Below, piece after piece: positions 20,481 through 29,939 of a stretch of 41,667 nucleotides of DNA (within the stretch, counting starts at the first letter, position 1; each line of letters begins with the position of its first letter). The notes under the pieces were generated by a model, which did not search any database, was not told where the DNA came from, and saw only the letters and a program-made list of their open reading frames with translations. Source of the stretch: Candidatus Zixiibacteriota bacterium. GTDB lineage: Bacteria; Zixibacteria; MSB-5A5; CAIYYT01. The stretch is taken from assembly GCA_040235515.1 (NCBI GenBank), contig JBECKX010000043.1:1-41667 (forward strand). Direction: 5' to 3'. Made by a program: the position numbers and the translations under genes.

Positions 20481-21106
20481 TGTTGCAGATGTCCCGGCTC
20501 TCTCATTTCCGGCTGGCGTTGCTGCTGCTGCTGGGCGTGGCGCTCGTCGGATGCACACGCGGCAGACCGAGCGAGGAACCGCCGATTCATCTCAATCTGA
20601 ACATGGATTTTCAGAATAAGTATATTCCGCAGTCGGAGAGTGAGTTCTTTGCCAACGGCATGACGATGCGTTTGCCGGTCCCCGGCACCGTCGCGCGGGG
20701 TGATACGGCATTCCTGCACCCCGATTACTTCCTCGGACTCGATGACCGGGACTCTACAATTGAAAAGATACCGATTCCGGTCGATATGCAACTGCTTGAG
20801 CGCGGACAGGAACGCTTCAACATCTACTGTTCACCGTGTCACGGACAGACGGGCAATGGACAGGGGATCGTGGTGAAGCGTGGTATGCTGCCACCACCCA
20901 GTTTCCACGACCCGCGCCTGTTACAGGTTAATGATGGCTACATCTTTAATGTCATCACGAACGGCATTCGCAACATGCCATCGTACCGTCATCAGATCCC
21001 GGTGCAGGATCGCTGGGCGATTGTTTCCTACCTGCGGGCTTTGCAGCGGAGTCAGAATGCAAGCATTGAGGATGTCCCGGAGGATATGCGACAGAAGTTG
21101 AAATAG
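20480..21106 (+). CDS. actE: Alternative complex III monoheme cytochrome c lipoprotein subunit E
   Basis: Lipobox LVG-C, PVPGTVARG, GQERFNIYCSPCHG, and MPSY...DRWAIVSYLRALQ. Confidence 0.92.
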   Translation: MLQMSRLSHFRLALLLLLGVALVGCTRGRPSEEPPIHLNLNMDFQNKYIPQSESEFFANGMTMRLPVPGTVARGDTAFLHPDYFLGLDDRDSTIEKIPIPVDMQLLERGQERFNIYCSPCHGQTGNGQGIVVKRGMLPPPSFHDPRLLQVNDGYIFNVITNGIRNMPSYRHQIPVQDRWAIVSYLRALQRSQNASIEDVPEDMRQKLK

Positions 21107-21139
21107 CTGAAAGGCTCTTAAAAACCTGAGAAGCGATAA

Positions 21140-22336
21140 TTGGACAAGATGAAGTTTGATGCAAATACATACAAGATGACTGATCCGGGCAAGCTGGGAA
21201 GCGTCGCGCTCGGCGTGGGCTTGCTGGGACTGGCGCTCTCGGTTGTCGGATACGTAATGGACAGCACACAGTTCTATTACTCGTACCTGACCGCCTTCGT
21301 GTTCTGGGCCAGCATCGCGCTCGGCGCCTTGTTTTTCACGATGGTCCATCACATGGTTGGAGCTAACTGGAGTGTTGTAATCCGCCGCATACTTGAGAGC
21401 ATCGGGATGGCACTCCCCTTGATGTTCCTGTTCTTTATTCCGCTGATTTTTGGAATGAAGACTCTCTATGCCTGGTCGATTCCCGAGAACGTGGCTGCCG
21501 ACCATCTGCTGCAGCACAAGGAACCATTCCTGAATCCGACATTTTTCGTTATCCGGAACATCGGTTACTTTGCGATCTGGTCATTCCTGGCGTTCAGACT
21601 CTACAAGCTTTCGATCAAGCAGGATAGCAACCCTTCGGAGCGGATCGTGGAGAGCTTCAAACATCACAGCGCACCCGGCATCATTCTCTTTGCCGTGACG
21701 ATCACGCTGGCGGCGTTCGACTGGATGATGTCGCTCGACGCCCACTGGTATTCCACGATCTACGGCGCTTACTACTTCGCCGGATCTTCGATGGCGGTGA
21801 TGGCATTCGCACAGATTTTCGTCGTCCATATGCGAGGCAAGAATATCCTGGCCGACACGATCACGGTCGAGCACGATCATGACATCGCCAAGCTGGCGTT
21901 CGCGTTCATCGTGTTCTGGGCCTACATGGCGTTCTCGCAGTATATGCTGATCTGGTATGCCAACATACCGGAGGAGACGATCTGGTACCAGCACCGCTGG
22001 ATCGGGTCATGGAAGACGATCTCGCTGGTGATCATTTTCGGCCACTTCGTGATTCCGTTCGTGATCCTTATCACCCGTATCGCGAAGCGTAGCCCGCGCC
22101 TGATGCTGCTCGGTGGCTTCTGGCTGTTGATAATGCATTACATCGATATTTACTGGAACATCATGCCGAGCTTCTTCCACCATGGTGCGCACTTCTCCTG
22201 GATGGATGTTACGACGATGCTTGGCATCGGAGGAGTGTTTGTCTGGTTCTTCTGGCGCACTTACACGAGCAAGGCGCTGATCCCGGTCAGCGACCCACGC
22301 CTGGAAGCATCGATAGAGTTCGTCAATCACTATTAG
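21140..22336 (+). CDS. actF: Alternative complex III subunit F
   Basis: Polytopic; DWMMSLDAHWYSTIYG and FWAYMAFSQYMLIWYANIPEET. Alternative start ATG 21149. Confidence 0.9.
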   Translation: MDKMKFDANTYKMTDPGKLGSVALGVGLLGLALSVVGYVMDSTQFYYSYLTAFVFWASIALGALFFTMVHHMVGANWSVVIRRILESIGMALPLMFLFFIPLIFGMKTLYAWSIPENVAADHLLQHKEPFLNPTFFVIRNIGYFAIWSFLAFRLYKLSIKQDSNPSERIVESFKHHSAPGIILFAVTITLAAFDWMMSLDAHWYSTIYGAYYFAGSSMAVMAFAQIFVVHMRGKNILADTITVEHDHDIAKLAFAFIVFWAYMAFSQYMLIWYANIPEETIWYQHRWIGSWKTISLVIIFGHFVIPFVILITRIAKRSPRLMLLGGFWLLIMHYIDIYWNIMPSFFHHGAHFSWMDVTTMLGIGGVFVWFFWRTYTSKALIPVSDPRLEASIEFVNHY

Positions 22337-22404
22337 TTATTGTCTCCGGATATTGTTCCGGCGGTGGTTCTTGAGATTGAACAGAGTAACAGAGTTAAGA
22401 TAAG

Positions 22405-22755
22405 ATGACAGAGACACACGAACATCATAGCGGTTCCCATGCCGAGGTCGGTTACGAGCGGAAGGACATCAATGTCTGGAAGACCTTGATTGCCACAGCC
22501 GCGGTGATTGCGGTAATCGTGGTCTCCGTTATCTTCGTCGACGAGATTTTTGTCCATACCAAGGAACGGATGATAGAGCAGTACGTTCTAAAGCCTGAAT
22601 CAACTCAACTTCGGGATCTGCGTGCGGAAGAAGCTGAAATCCTCACCACCTATGACGTGATCGACAAGAACAAGGGCGTCTACCGCATCCCGATTTCACG
22701 CGCCATGAAACTGATGGCCGATGAGGCATACCGGCAGCAGGCCGGAGGAAGATAA
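22405..22755 (+). CDS. actG: Alternative complex III subunit G-like single-TM protein
   Basis: GYERKD, one TM helix and C-terminal YDVIDKNKGVYRIPISRAM; position after actF. Confidence 0.75.
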   Translation: MTETHEHHSGSHAEVGYERKDINVWKTLIATAAVIAVIVVSVIFVDEIFVHTKERMIEQYVLKPESTQLRDLRAEEAEILTTYDVIDKNKGVYRIPISRAMKLMADEAYRQQAGGR

Positions 22756-23650
22756 GGCAGTTAGAATGTTGCATGCCGGGAGATATTGTCTTGCCGCCCA
22801 ACGACGGATGATTGGGTCTATCATCACCACGCTGGTGCTGACGGCCTTTGCGTTGCTGTTCCTCGCGGGGCAGGAGTTGAGCGCGCAGGCGCTGACGCAG
22901 GACGACCCGGACCTGAAGAACATTGATGTTATTGAACACCTGGGTGACACGATCCCGCTGAATTTGACTTTCACCAATCACAAGGGTGAGAGAGTCAAAC
23001 TCGAGGATTACTTTCACAAGGGCAAGCCGGTAATCCTGACACTCGCATACTACCGGTGCCCGATGCTCTGTACGATGGTGCTGAACGGCTTATCGGAGAG
23101 CATCCTGAATATTGACGGTTGGGTTCCGGGTGATCAGTTTGAGATATTGACCGTGAGCATCGATCCGACGGAGACCGCTGAGCTGGCGGACTCGAAACGC
23201 CATCGCTACCTCGAGAATCTGAAGGATATCGGTGGAGAGAGCGAGTGGGAGTTCATGGTCGGCGACGAGCCTGAGATCAAGCAGCTGGCCGCTGCAGTCG
23301 GGTTCAAGTATTTCTACGTAGAGGAGAGCAAAGAATTCGCCCATCCGGCAGTGGTGTTTCTGCTGACCGAAGAGGGCGTGATCTCACGCTACCTGTATGG
23401 GTTGGAGTATTCACCGCGCGACGTGAAGCTCGGGCTGCTCGAGGCAGGGCGCGGCAAGATCGGCAATACCGTAGATAAAATTGTGCTTTACTGTTTCCAC
23501 TATGACCCGGATGCCAAGGGTTATGTGGTATTCGCAACAAATGTGATGAAGCTCGGCGGATTGGTTACGCTGGTGCTGGTGGGGATCTTCCTGATCTTTC
23601 TCTTCGCGCGCTACAGGGTTCGAAGAGTCATCCACCACCCGGGTGCGTGA
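22721..23650 (+). CDS. SCO1/SenC-family copper chaperone (ACIII-associated)
   Basis: YYRCPMLC (CxxxC), FAHP His and C-terminal YCFHYDP plus a TM helix. Real start is probably ATG 22766 or 22808. Confidence 0.88.
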   Translation: MRHTGSRPEEDKAVRMLHAGRYCLAAQRRMIGSIITTLVLTAFALLFLAGQELSAQALTQDDPDLKNIDVIEHLGDTIPLNLTFTNHKGERVKLEDYFHKGKPVILTLAYYRCPMLCTMVLNGLSESILNIDGWVPGDQFEILTVSIDPTETAELADSKRHRYLENLKDIGGESEWEFMVGDEPEIKQLAAAVGFKYFYVEESKEFAHPAVVFLLTEEGVISRYLYGLEYSPRDVKLGLLEAGRGKIGNTVDKIVLYCFHYDPDAKGYVVFATNVMKLGGLVTLVLVGIFLIFLFARYRVRRVIHHPGA

Positions 23651-23721
23651 CCAGGCGGCTGGAGTTGCAGTATTGTACTTGCGATGTACTATCGATATTT
23701 GAGGATCAGTAGTTAGGTACT

Positions 23722-24732
23722 ATGGATAACGGACAGACATTCTGGATGCCCGCAGGTCATTCGACCGTCGCCGGCGACGTCGATGCCCTTTTCTATTTCA
23801 TTTTCTACGCGTCGTTGGTGCTGATGGCACTCGTGACCGCGGCGATCGTCTGGTTCATTATCAAGTATCGTCGTCGAGGCAAAGCCGGACTGACCGACAG
23901 CCGGGCGCACAACACCGCGCTGGAGATCACCTGGACCGTCATCCCGACGATCCTGGTCTTCATCATCTTCGCCTGGGGATTCAAGGCCTACCTGCGCTTG
24001 AACGTTGTACCGGCCAATGCCATGGAGATAAATGTGACGGGGCAGCGATGGTTCTGGTCGTTCCAGTATCCCGAGGGCATCAGTGCGGTCAACGAACTGG
24101 TCGTCCCGGAGGACAAGCCAGTGAAGCTGCTGCTCTCATCGAAGGATGTGATCCACAGCTTCTACGTTCCGAATTTCCGTATCAAGATGGATGTCCTGCC
24201 GAATCGCTATACCGTTGCCTGGTTTGAGGCCACCGACACCGGTTCGTACAACCTCTTCTGCACGGAGTATTGTGGGACGAAACATTCGGAGATGATCGGC
24301 AAGGTGAAAGTCGTGACCCAGGGTGAATATCAGAAGTGGCTTGAGGCCGCGCAGGGACCATCCGAGGGACAGTCGCTGGCCGACTACGGCAGGCAACTCT
24401 ATCAGAGTCGCGCGTGTGTCACCTGTCACTCGATCGACGGCAAGCCGGGCACGGCGCCCAGCTTCCTGCATATCTTTGGCGAGCAGGCCACCTTCGAGGA
24501 TGGAACCAGCCTGGTCGTGGATGAAAACTATATTCGCGAATCGATCCTCGAACCGCGTGCCAGGATAGTGAAGGGTTATCAACCGGTGATGCCGACATTC
24601 CAGGGCATGCTCAATGATGTTCAGTTGAACGCGCTGGTAGCGTTTATTAAATCGCTGGCGGAACATCCGCCGACCGAGTCGGGTGATCAGGGCGATGCGA
24701 ATAGAGAGAGTACCACCGAGAGTGAGAACTGA
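23722..24732 (+). CDS. coxB: Cytochrome c oxidase subunit II with fused cytochrome c (caa3)
   Basis: LEITWTVIP, DVIHSF, CuA motif CTEYCGTKHSEM and C-terminal CVTCH...MP. Confidence 0.96.
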   Translation: MDNGQTFWMPAGHSTVAGDVDALFYFIFYASLVLMALVTAAIVWFIIKYRRRGKAGLTDSRAHNTALEITWTVIPTILVFIIFAWGFKAYLRLNVVPANAMEINVTGQRWFWSFQYPEGISAVNELVVPEDKPVKLLLSSKDVIHSFYVPNFRIKMDVLPNRYTVAWFEATDTGSYNLFCTEYCGTKHSEMIGKVKVVTQGEYQKWLEAAQGPSEGQSLADYGRQLYQSRACVTCHSIDGKPGTAPSFLHIFGEQATFEDGTSLVVDENYIRESILEPRARIVKGYQPVMPTFQGMLNDVQLNALVAFIKSLAEHPPTESGDQGDANRESTTESEN

Positions 24733-24759
24733 TTCGAGTGAGAACTGATTCGAGTGAGA
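24720..24759. repeat. 16-bp tandem repeat at the coxB-coxA junction
   Basis: GAGTGAGAACTGATTC twice plus GAGTGAGA; the first copy contains the coxB stop codon. Confidence 0.85.
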
Positions 24760-24767
24760 GAAAATAA

Positions 24768-26390
24768 ATGAGTACGGCATCGGCAAATGTAATACCGGAG
24801 CGCAACTACCTCAATGATCCGAAGGGATTGAAGTCGTGGCTCCTGACCAAGGACCACAAGCGCATCGGTTTGATGTACCTGTTTGCGATCATGTTTTTCT
24901 TCCTGCTGGGAGGAATCTTCGCGCTGCTGATCCGCTGGGAGTTATTGACCCCCGCGGTGGACATCATGGAGCATGACACTTACAACAAGATGTTCACGCT
25001 GCACGGCGCGGTCATGATTTTCCTTTTCATTATCCCTTCGATCCCGGCGGCGCTGGGCAACTTCGTATTGCCGTTGATGCTGGGTGCGAAGGATGTGGCG
25101 TTCCCACGGTTAAACCTGGCGAGCTGGTATGTCTACTGCCTCGGAGCGCTGTTCATGATCTACGCGCTGGTGACCAATCCCGCCGACACCGGCTGGACCT
25201 TCTATACGCCATACAGCACACAAACGAACACGGCGGTGATTTCGACGACGCTGGGGGTGTTTATCCTCGGTTTCTCATCGATTTTCACCGGATTGAATTT
25301 TATCGTAACGATCCACAAGCTTCGCGCACCGGGAATGACCTGGTTCCGCATGCCGCTCTTCGCCTGGGGGACTTACGCCACTGCAATCCTGCAGGTACTG
25401 GCTACCCCGGTCATCGGCATCACATTCGTGCTGCTGATCATGGAACGCCTGCTCGGGATCGGTATTTTCGATCCGGCGCTCGGCGGCGACCCCGTCCTGT
25501 ACCAGCACTTCTTCTGGTTCTATTCCCATCCGGCGGTCTATATCATGATCCTGCCCGGCATGGCGATCATCAGCGAGACGGTCTCCGTTTTCTCGCACAA
25601 GAAGATTTTCGGTTACAAGCTGATCGCGTTCTCAAGCCTTGGTATCGCCTTCGTCAGCTTCCTGGTCTGGGGACATCACATGTTCACCTCCGGTCAATCG
25701 GAGTTGGCGGCGATCATGTTCTCGTTCCTGACTTTCCTGGTGGGAATACCATCCGGTATCAAAGTCTTCAACTGGCTGGCAACTATGTATCGCGGATCGA
25801 TATCACTCGAAGCCCCGATGCTATACACGTTGTCATTCCTGATCCTGTTCACGATCGGGGGTATCACGGGGATTTTCCTGGGAGCCCTCGCGATAGATAT
25901 CCATGTGCACGACACTTATTTCGTGGTGGCGCATTTTCACTACGTCATGATGGGTGGAACGGTGATGGCGTTCCTGGCGGGAATCCATTACTGGTGGCCT
26001 AAGATCTGGGGCAGGATGTATAACGAGTTCTGGGCAAAGATCGCCTGTGCGCTGATTTTCATCGGCTTCAATATGACTTTCTTCACCCAGTTCATCATGG
26101 GAACGCAGGGCATGCCGCGACGCTATTTCACTTATCTCGAGCAGTATCAGCCGATGCATGGGTTCTCATCGATCGGCGCTTTCGTGATCGGCGCCGGATT
26201 CGTTATCATGGCGGTTTATCTGATCGCAGCGATCTTCAAGGGTCGCCCGGCCGGAAACAATCCGTGGGGATCACTGAGCTTTGAGTGGTTGACAAGTTCA
26301 CCGCCGCCGCATGGTAACTTCGACGAAGAACCGGTTCTTGAGCATGGCCCTTATGATTATGACACCATCGAGGTTGTTGCGACCAAGTAA
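24768..26390 (+). CDS. ctaD: Cytochrome c oxidase subunit I, type A2
   Basis: [20 protein letters not shown] (YS motif indicates A2), WGHHM and [12 protein letters not shown]. Confidence 0.97.
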   Translation: MSTASANVIPERNYLNDPKGLKSWLLTKDHKRIGLMYLFAIMFFFLLGGIFALLIRWELLTPAVDIMEHDTYNKMFTLHGAVMIFLFIIPSIPAALGNFVLPLMLGAKDVAFPRLNLASWYVYCLGALFMIYALVTNPADTGWTFYTPYSTQTNTAVISTTLGVFILGFSSIFTGLNFIVTIHKLRAPGMTWFRMPLFAWGTYATAILQVLATPVIGITFVLLIMERLLGIGIFDPALGGDPVLYQHFFWFYSHPAVYIMILPGMAIISETVSVFSHKKIFGYKLIAFSSLGIAFVSFLVWGHHMFTSGQSELAAIMFSFLTFLVGIPSGIKVFNWLATMYRGSISLEAPMLYTLSFLILFTIGGITGIFLGALAIDIHVHDTYFVVAHFHYVMMGGTVMAFLAGIHYWWPKIWGRMYNEFWAKIACALIFIGFNMTFFTQFIMGTQGMPRRYFTYLEQYQPMHGFSSIGAFVIGAGFVIMAVYLIAAIFKGRPAGNNPWGSLSFEWLTSSPPPHGNFDEEPVLEHGPYDYDTIEVVATK

Positions 26391-26444
26391 GTCCCGGTTG
26401 CGAACCGGGGCAACGCAGAAGAATATGAAAGGAAATCTGGACAG

Positions 26445-27095
26445 ATGCATGATGTAGCCGACGGTCATCCTTCCTTCCTGCAGCATCATTTCTTCGAGCC
26501 TGAGCAGCAGGCCGAGGCTGCCAAGCTGGGAACGTGGCTTTTCCTCCTCACGGAAATCCTGCTTTTTGGCGGGCTCTTCTGTGCGTATGCCGTCTACCGC
26601 GCCTGGTATCCGGATATGTTTTATGAGGCTCATCTGCAACTGAATGTGGTTCTGGGAGCCACCAACACGGTTGTGCTGATTACCAGTTCCGTCACGATGG
26701 CGCTCGCCATCCGTGCGGTTCAGATGAACAAATCGAAGCAGGCGATCTGGCTGCTGGTAGCGACCCTGGCGTTTGCCTGCACCTTCCTGGTGATCAAGTA
26801 TTTCGAGTACAGCCACAAGTTCCACCTTGGTCAGTTGCCGGGCAAGTACTACAGCTTCACCGGACTGGAGGGCAACAACCCGCACGTCTTCTTCAGCGTC
26901 TATTTCCTGATGACCGGACTGCACGGATTCCACGTGCTCGGAGGAATGGGACTGATCACCTGGATGATCGTCAAGGTCTCGAAAGGCAAGCTTTCGGGGG
27001 AATACTATACACCGATCGAGATGACAGGGCTTTACTGGCACCTTGTTGATATGATTTGGATTTTCCTTTTCCCGCTGCTTTATCTCATCGGGTAG
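26445..27095 (+). CDS. ctaE: Cytochrome c oxidase subunit III
   Basis: WLFLLTEILLFGGLF, NTVVLITSS, MTGLHGFHV and GLYWHLVD. Confidence 0.95.
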   Translation: MHDVADGHPSFLQHHFFEPEQQAEAAKLGTWLFLLTEILLFGGLFCAYAVYRAWYPDMFYEAHLQLNVVLGATNTVVLITSSVTMALAIRAVQMNKSKQAIWLLVATLAFACTFLVIKYFEYSHKFHLGQLPGKYYSFTGLEGNNPHVFFSVYFLMTGLHGFHVLGGMGLITWMIVKVSKGKLSGEYYTPIEMTGLYWHLVDMIWIFLFPLLYLIG

Positions 27096-27124
27096 GATAT
27101 CGCGTTAACCTGTGTTGACTAGGG

Positions 27125-27691
27125 TTGAGAAGAATGGCACAAGCTGCAGCACATAGTTCGAAGAAGAGCCACGTACACATCATGCCGCTCAAGGTCTATA
27201 TGGCGGTTGGCGCGGCGCTCTTGATATTGACATTCGTCACCACCGAAATCGCGCAATTCGATTTTGGCGAATTCAACATCTACATCGCGCTGGTGATCGC
27301 CTCTATCAAGGCGATGCTGGTCGCGTTCTTCTTCATGCACCTCTGGTGGGACAACAAGCTGATGTTTGTGACCTTCTCGATCGGTTTGATTACGCTCACT
27401 GTCTTTATCGCGCTGACGATGGTCGATACGATGGACCGCGGTTCGATCAACCCCGAGACCGCCGGCCAGATCAACCCGAAGGCTGAGATGTACAATTCGC
27501 CAGACTTCGGTAAGGGTGGACATCACGGTGACGCCGAGGGTGCGGCCTCGCATGACTCGACTGCCGCCGATTCCACCGGGGCGCACATCGATTCGACCGC
27601 AGCGGAAATGTCTGAAGGCGCCGGTGAGGGTGAAACCGCAACATCCGGAGCGGGCACGCAGCCGCCGGGGGATGGAAGCTCGACCCACTAG
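27125..27691 (+). CDS. caa3 oxidase subunit IV family protein with low-complexity tail
   Basis: ALLILTFVT and IASIKAMLVAFFFMHL; three TM helices. Likely start ATG 27134. Confidence 0.85.
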   Translation: MRRMAQAAAHSSKKSHVHIMPLKVYMAVGAALLILTFVTTEIAQFDFGEFNIYIALVIASIKAMLVAFFFMHLWWDNKLMFVTFSIGLITLTVFIALTMVDTMDRGSINPETAGQINPKAEMYNSPDFGKGGHHGDAEGAASHDSTAADSTGAHIDSTAAEMSEGAGEGETATSGAGTQPPGDGSSTH

Positions 27692-27781
27692 CCGTTCCTC
27701 TCGCTCGACACGGGAAATCAGTCTTGCGATTCCAGAGTAGATATGTTATGCCATTTTAAGGGGGAGATGGAGTAGAGTTAC

Positions 27782-28720
27782 GTGAAGTCATTCTTGCGTC
27801 TATCGATAATCGCCACGCTCGGAACCTACCTGCTGATTTTCATCGGCGGCCTGGTCAGAGTGTCCGGCGCGGGGCTTGGTTGCCCCGATTGGCCGCATTG
27901 TTTCGGGGGCTGGATTCCACCGCTCAGCCTCGATCAACTGCCACCCGATGTGAATCCGATCATGTTTAACGTGGCCCTCGCCTGGATCGAGTGGCTCAAC
28001 CGGCTTGCGGGGATGATCGTGGGGCTCTTCATCGCCGCAACCGCCGTTGTCGCAATCATCAAGTATCGGCATGTCAAACGCATTCTGATTCCTGCGATAC
28101 TGGCTGCCCTGCTGGTAGCGTTTCAAGGCTGGCAGGGAGGAATGGTTGTGCTCTCGGAGCTTAACCCGATGAGTGTATCGTTGCACCTGATCATCGCGAT
28201 CATCATCGTCTCGCTGCTGACCTACATGACGCAGCAGGTGAATTTTCTGGAGGTGGGCTACCCGGAAGACAGGGGCGCTTATCCGAACAGCGTGCACAAG
28301 TCGATCATGATTCTCTGGATAATCGGATTCGTGCAGGTGTTGCTGGGAGCCTGGCTGCGGGGAAGTGTCGAGACTCTGGTCGCGGAACACCCGCTGGCAA
28401 ATGATGGCCAGCTTTTGTCAATGCTGAGCCATATGAAGTATGTGCATCTGCTGATCGGCATTGTGATAGCGGTCGGCGTGTTTCAGGTGGGGCATCTGGT
28501 CTTCAAATCTACGTCGAAGCCGTCAATGCTCGTGCGTTATGCCATCTGGCTGCTCTTCATCCTGATCGCTCTGCAACTGGTTGTGGGAAGTGGTCTGATT
28601 GCGATTGCGCTGCCGCCGTTGCTGCAGTTGTTCCATCTCTGGATAGCGGCATTGTTCCTCGGAACTCTGATCATACTTTATACGGCAGTTAAACCGGCAG
28701 GGGAGGTGAAGGCAGCATGA
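27782..28720 (+). CDS. ctaA: Heme A synthase (COX15/CtaA)
   Basis: GGLVRVSGAGLGCPDWPHCFG, IEWLNRL and conserved His residues (SLHL, VHLL, FHLW). Confidence 0.9.
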   Translation: MKSFLRLSIIATLGTYLLIFIGGLVRVSGAGLGCPDWPHCFGGWIPPLSLDQLPPDVNPIMFNVALAWIEWLNRLAGMIVGLFIAATAVVAIIKYRHVKRILIPAILAALLVAFQGWQGGMVVLSELNPMSVSLHLIIAIIIVSLLTYMTQQVNFLEVGYPEDRGAYPNSVHKSIMILWIIGFVQVLLGAWLRGSVETLVAEHPLANDGQLLSMLSHMKYVHLLIGIVIAVGVFQVGHLVFKSTSKPSMLVRYAIWLLFILIALQLVVGSGLIAIALPPLLQLFHLWIAALFLGTLIILYTAVKPAGEVKAA

Positions 28721-29334
28721 CAACGACGACAAATGATTCCAAACGTGGCATGCCCGGAGGCCTGCTGTGGGGATTTCCGATAATCCTGTTGCTGGCGTTC
28801 GTCGCGGCATTGGTGATCAACTGGGCCGAGGCGTCGCGCACCAAGATTCCTAAGCTTGGCGATGTACCTGCCTTTGAGCTGACTGAGCGCAACGGCGCCA
28901 AACTTCATCGTTCTGATCTCGAGGGAAAACTGCATGTGGTGAATTTCTTCTTCACGAGTTGCCCCGTTGTCTGCCCGATGATGATGGCGGAGCTGAAACC
29001 GCTCTATGATATGTACAGCAACTCTGACAAGATCGAGTTTCTCTCGATATCGGTTGATCCTGACAGAGACTCACTTGCAGTGATGCAAGCATACGCGCAG
29101 AAACATGGCATTACAGATGAACGCTGGAAGCTTGCACGCGCACCGATGGAGGATATCCGCAACCTGATGGAGAAGGGCTTCATGCTCGACTCCGAGGATC
29201 TCCCCGGAGGGCACCCCACGCATTATATTCTGGTGGATGATCATGCACGGATCAGGGGCTACTACCCGTATGATGATGAAGGCGCGATCTATCTGCTCAA
29301 ACAACATATCAGGGAACTTGCGCGGGAGATGTAG
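28717..29334 (+). CDS. Second SCO1/SenC-family protein
   Basis: FFTSCPVVCP, SISVDPDRD and distal His (GHPTHYILVD). Confidence 0.9.
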   Translation: MTTTTNDSKRGMPGGLLWGFPIILLLAFVAALVINWAEASRTKIPKLGDVPAFELTERNGAKLHRSDLEGKLHVVNFFFTSCPVVCPMMMAELKPLYDMYSNSDKIEFLSISVDPDRDSLAVMQAYAQKHGITDERWKLARAPMEDIRNLMEKGFMLDSEDLPGGHPTHYILVDDHARIRGYYPYDDEGAIYLLKQHIRELAREM

Positions 29335-29358
29335 CTGCGCACCGGAGTAGAGCACCGT

Positions 29359-29772
29359 ATGATTTACACATTTCTGCCAATGATTAACTCGATTCTGAAT
29401 GCGACAGCCGCCGTCTTTCTGATCGTAGGGTTTGTCCAAATTCGTAGAGGATTGTATGAGAAACATAAGAGAGCAATGCTGGGGGCGCTGGTGTCTTCGG
29501 GACTCTTCCTGACCTCATACCTGATTTACCACTACGAGGTTGGCTCGGTGCCGTACCCCCATCATGACTGGACTCGACCGATCTATTTCGCGATCCTGAT
29601 TCCGCACGTGATACTTGCTGCCGTGATGACGCCATTCATCATCGCCGCAGTGATCTATGCCTTCAGGAACCGTTTCGACAAACACAAACGAATTACCCGC
29701 TGGCTCTGGTGGGTTTGGATGTTCGTTTCGGTGAGCGGGATAGTGGTGTACCTGATGTTGTATCATCTGTAA
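29359..29772 (+). CDS. DUF420 (CtaM-like) oxidase assembly membrane protein
   Basis: LPMINSILN, HKRAM, FLTSYLIYH, ILIPHVILA, HKRITR and SGIVVYLMLY. Confidence 0.88.
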   Translation: MIYTFLPMINSILNATAAVFLIVGFVQIRRGLYEKHKRAMLGALVSSGLFLTSYLIYHYEVGSVPYPHHDWTRPIYFAILIPHVILAAVMTPFIIAAVIYAFRNRFDKHKRITRWLWWVWMFVSVSGIVVYLMLYHL

Positions 29773-29883
29773 GATTTAATGGCGGGAAGCCCCTCACTCC
29801 CGGCCCAATCCCTTGTGAGGTGTACAAGAGGGGGAGGGGAGTAAGCTGCAGTTATCGCTTCCGCAAGGGATGACGTAGAGTCA

Positions 29884-29913
29884 AGCGGTGCCCGCTGCGG
29901 CGGGCACCGCTAC
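29884..29913. repeat. Perfect 12-bp hairpin between convergent operons (REP-like or terminator)
   Basis: AGCGGTGCCCGC-TGCG-GCGGGCACCGCT; the minus strand begins GTAG; no long U-tract. Confidence 0.6.
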
Positions 29914-29939
29914 AAATAGCCTGACACTGATTCGCAGAA

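Noticed and set aside
26393..26409. Hairpin CCCGGTT-GCG-AACCGGG after coxA as a terminator
   Set aside because: No U-tract and it lies mid-operon; at most an mRNA stability element.
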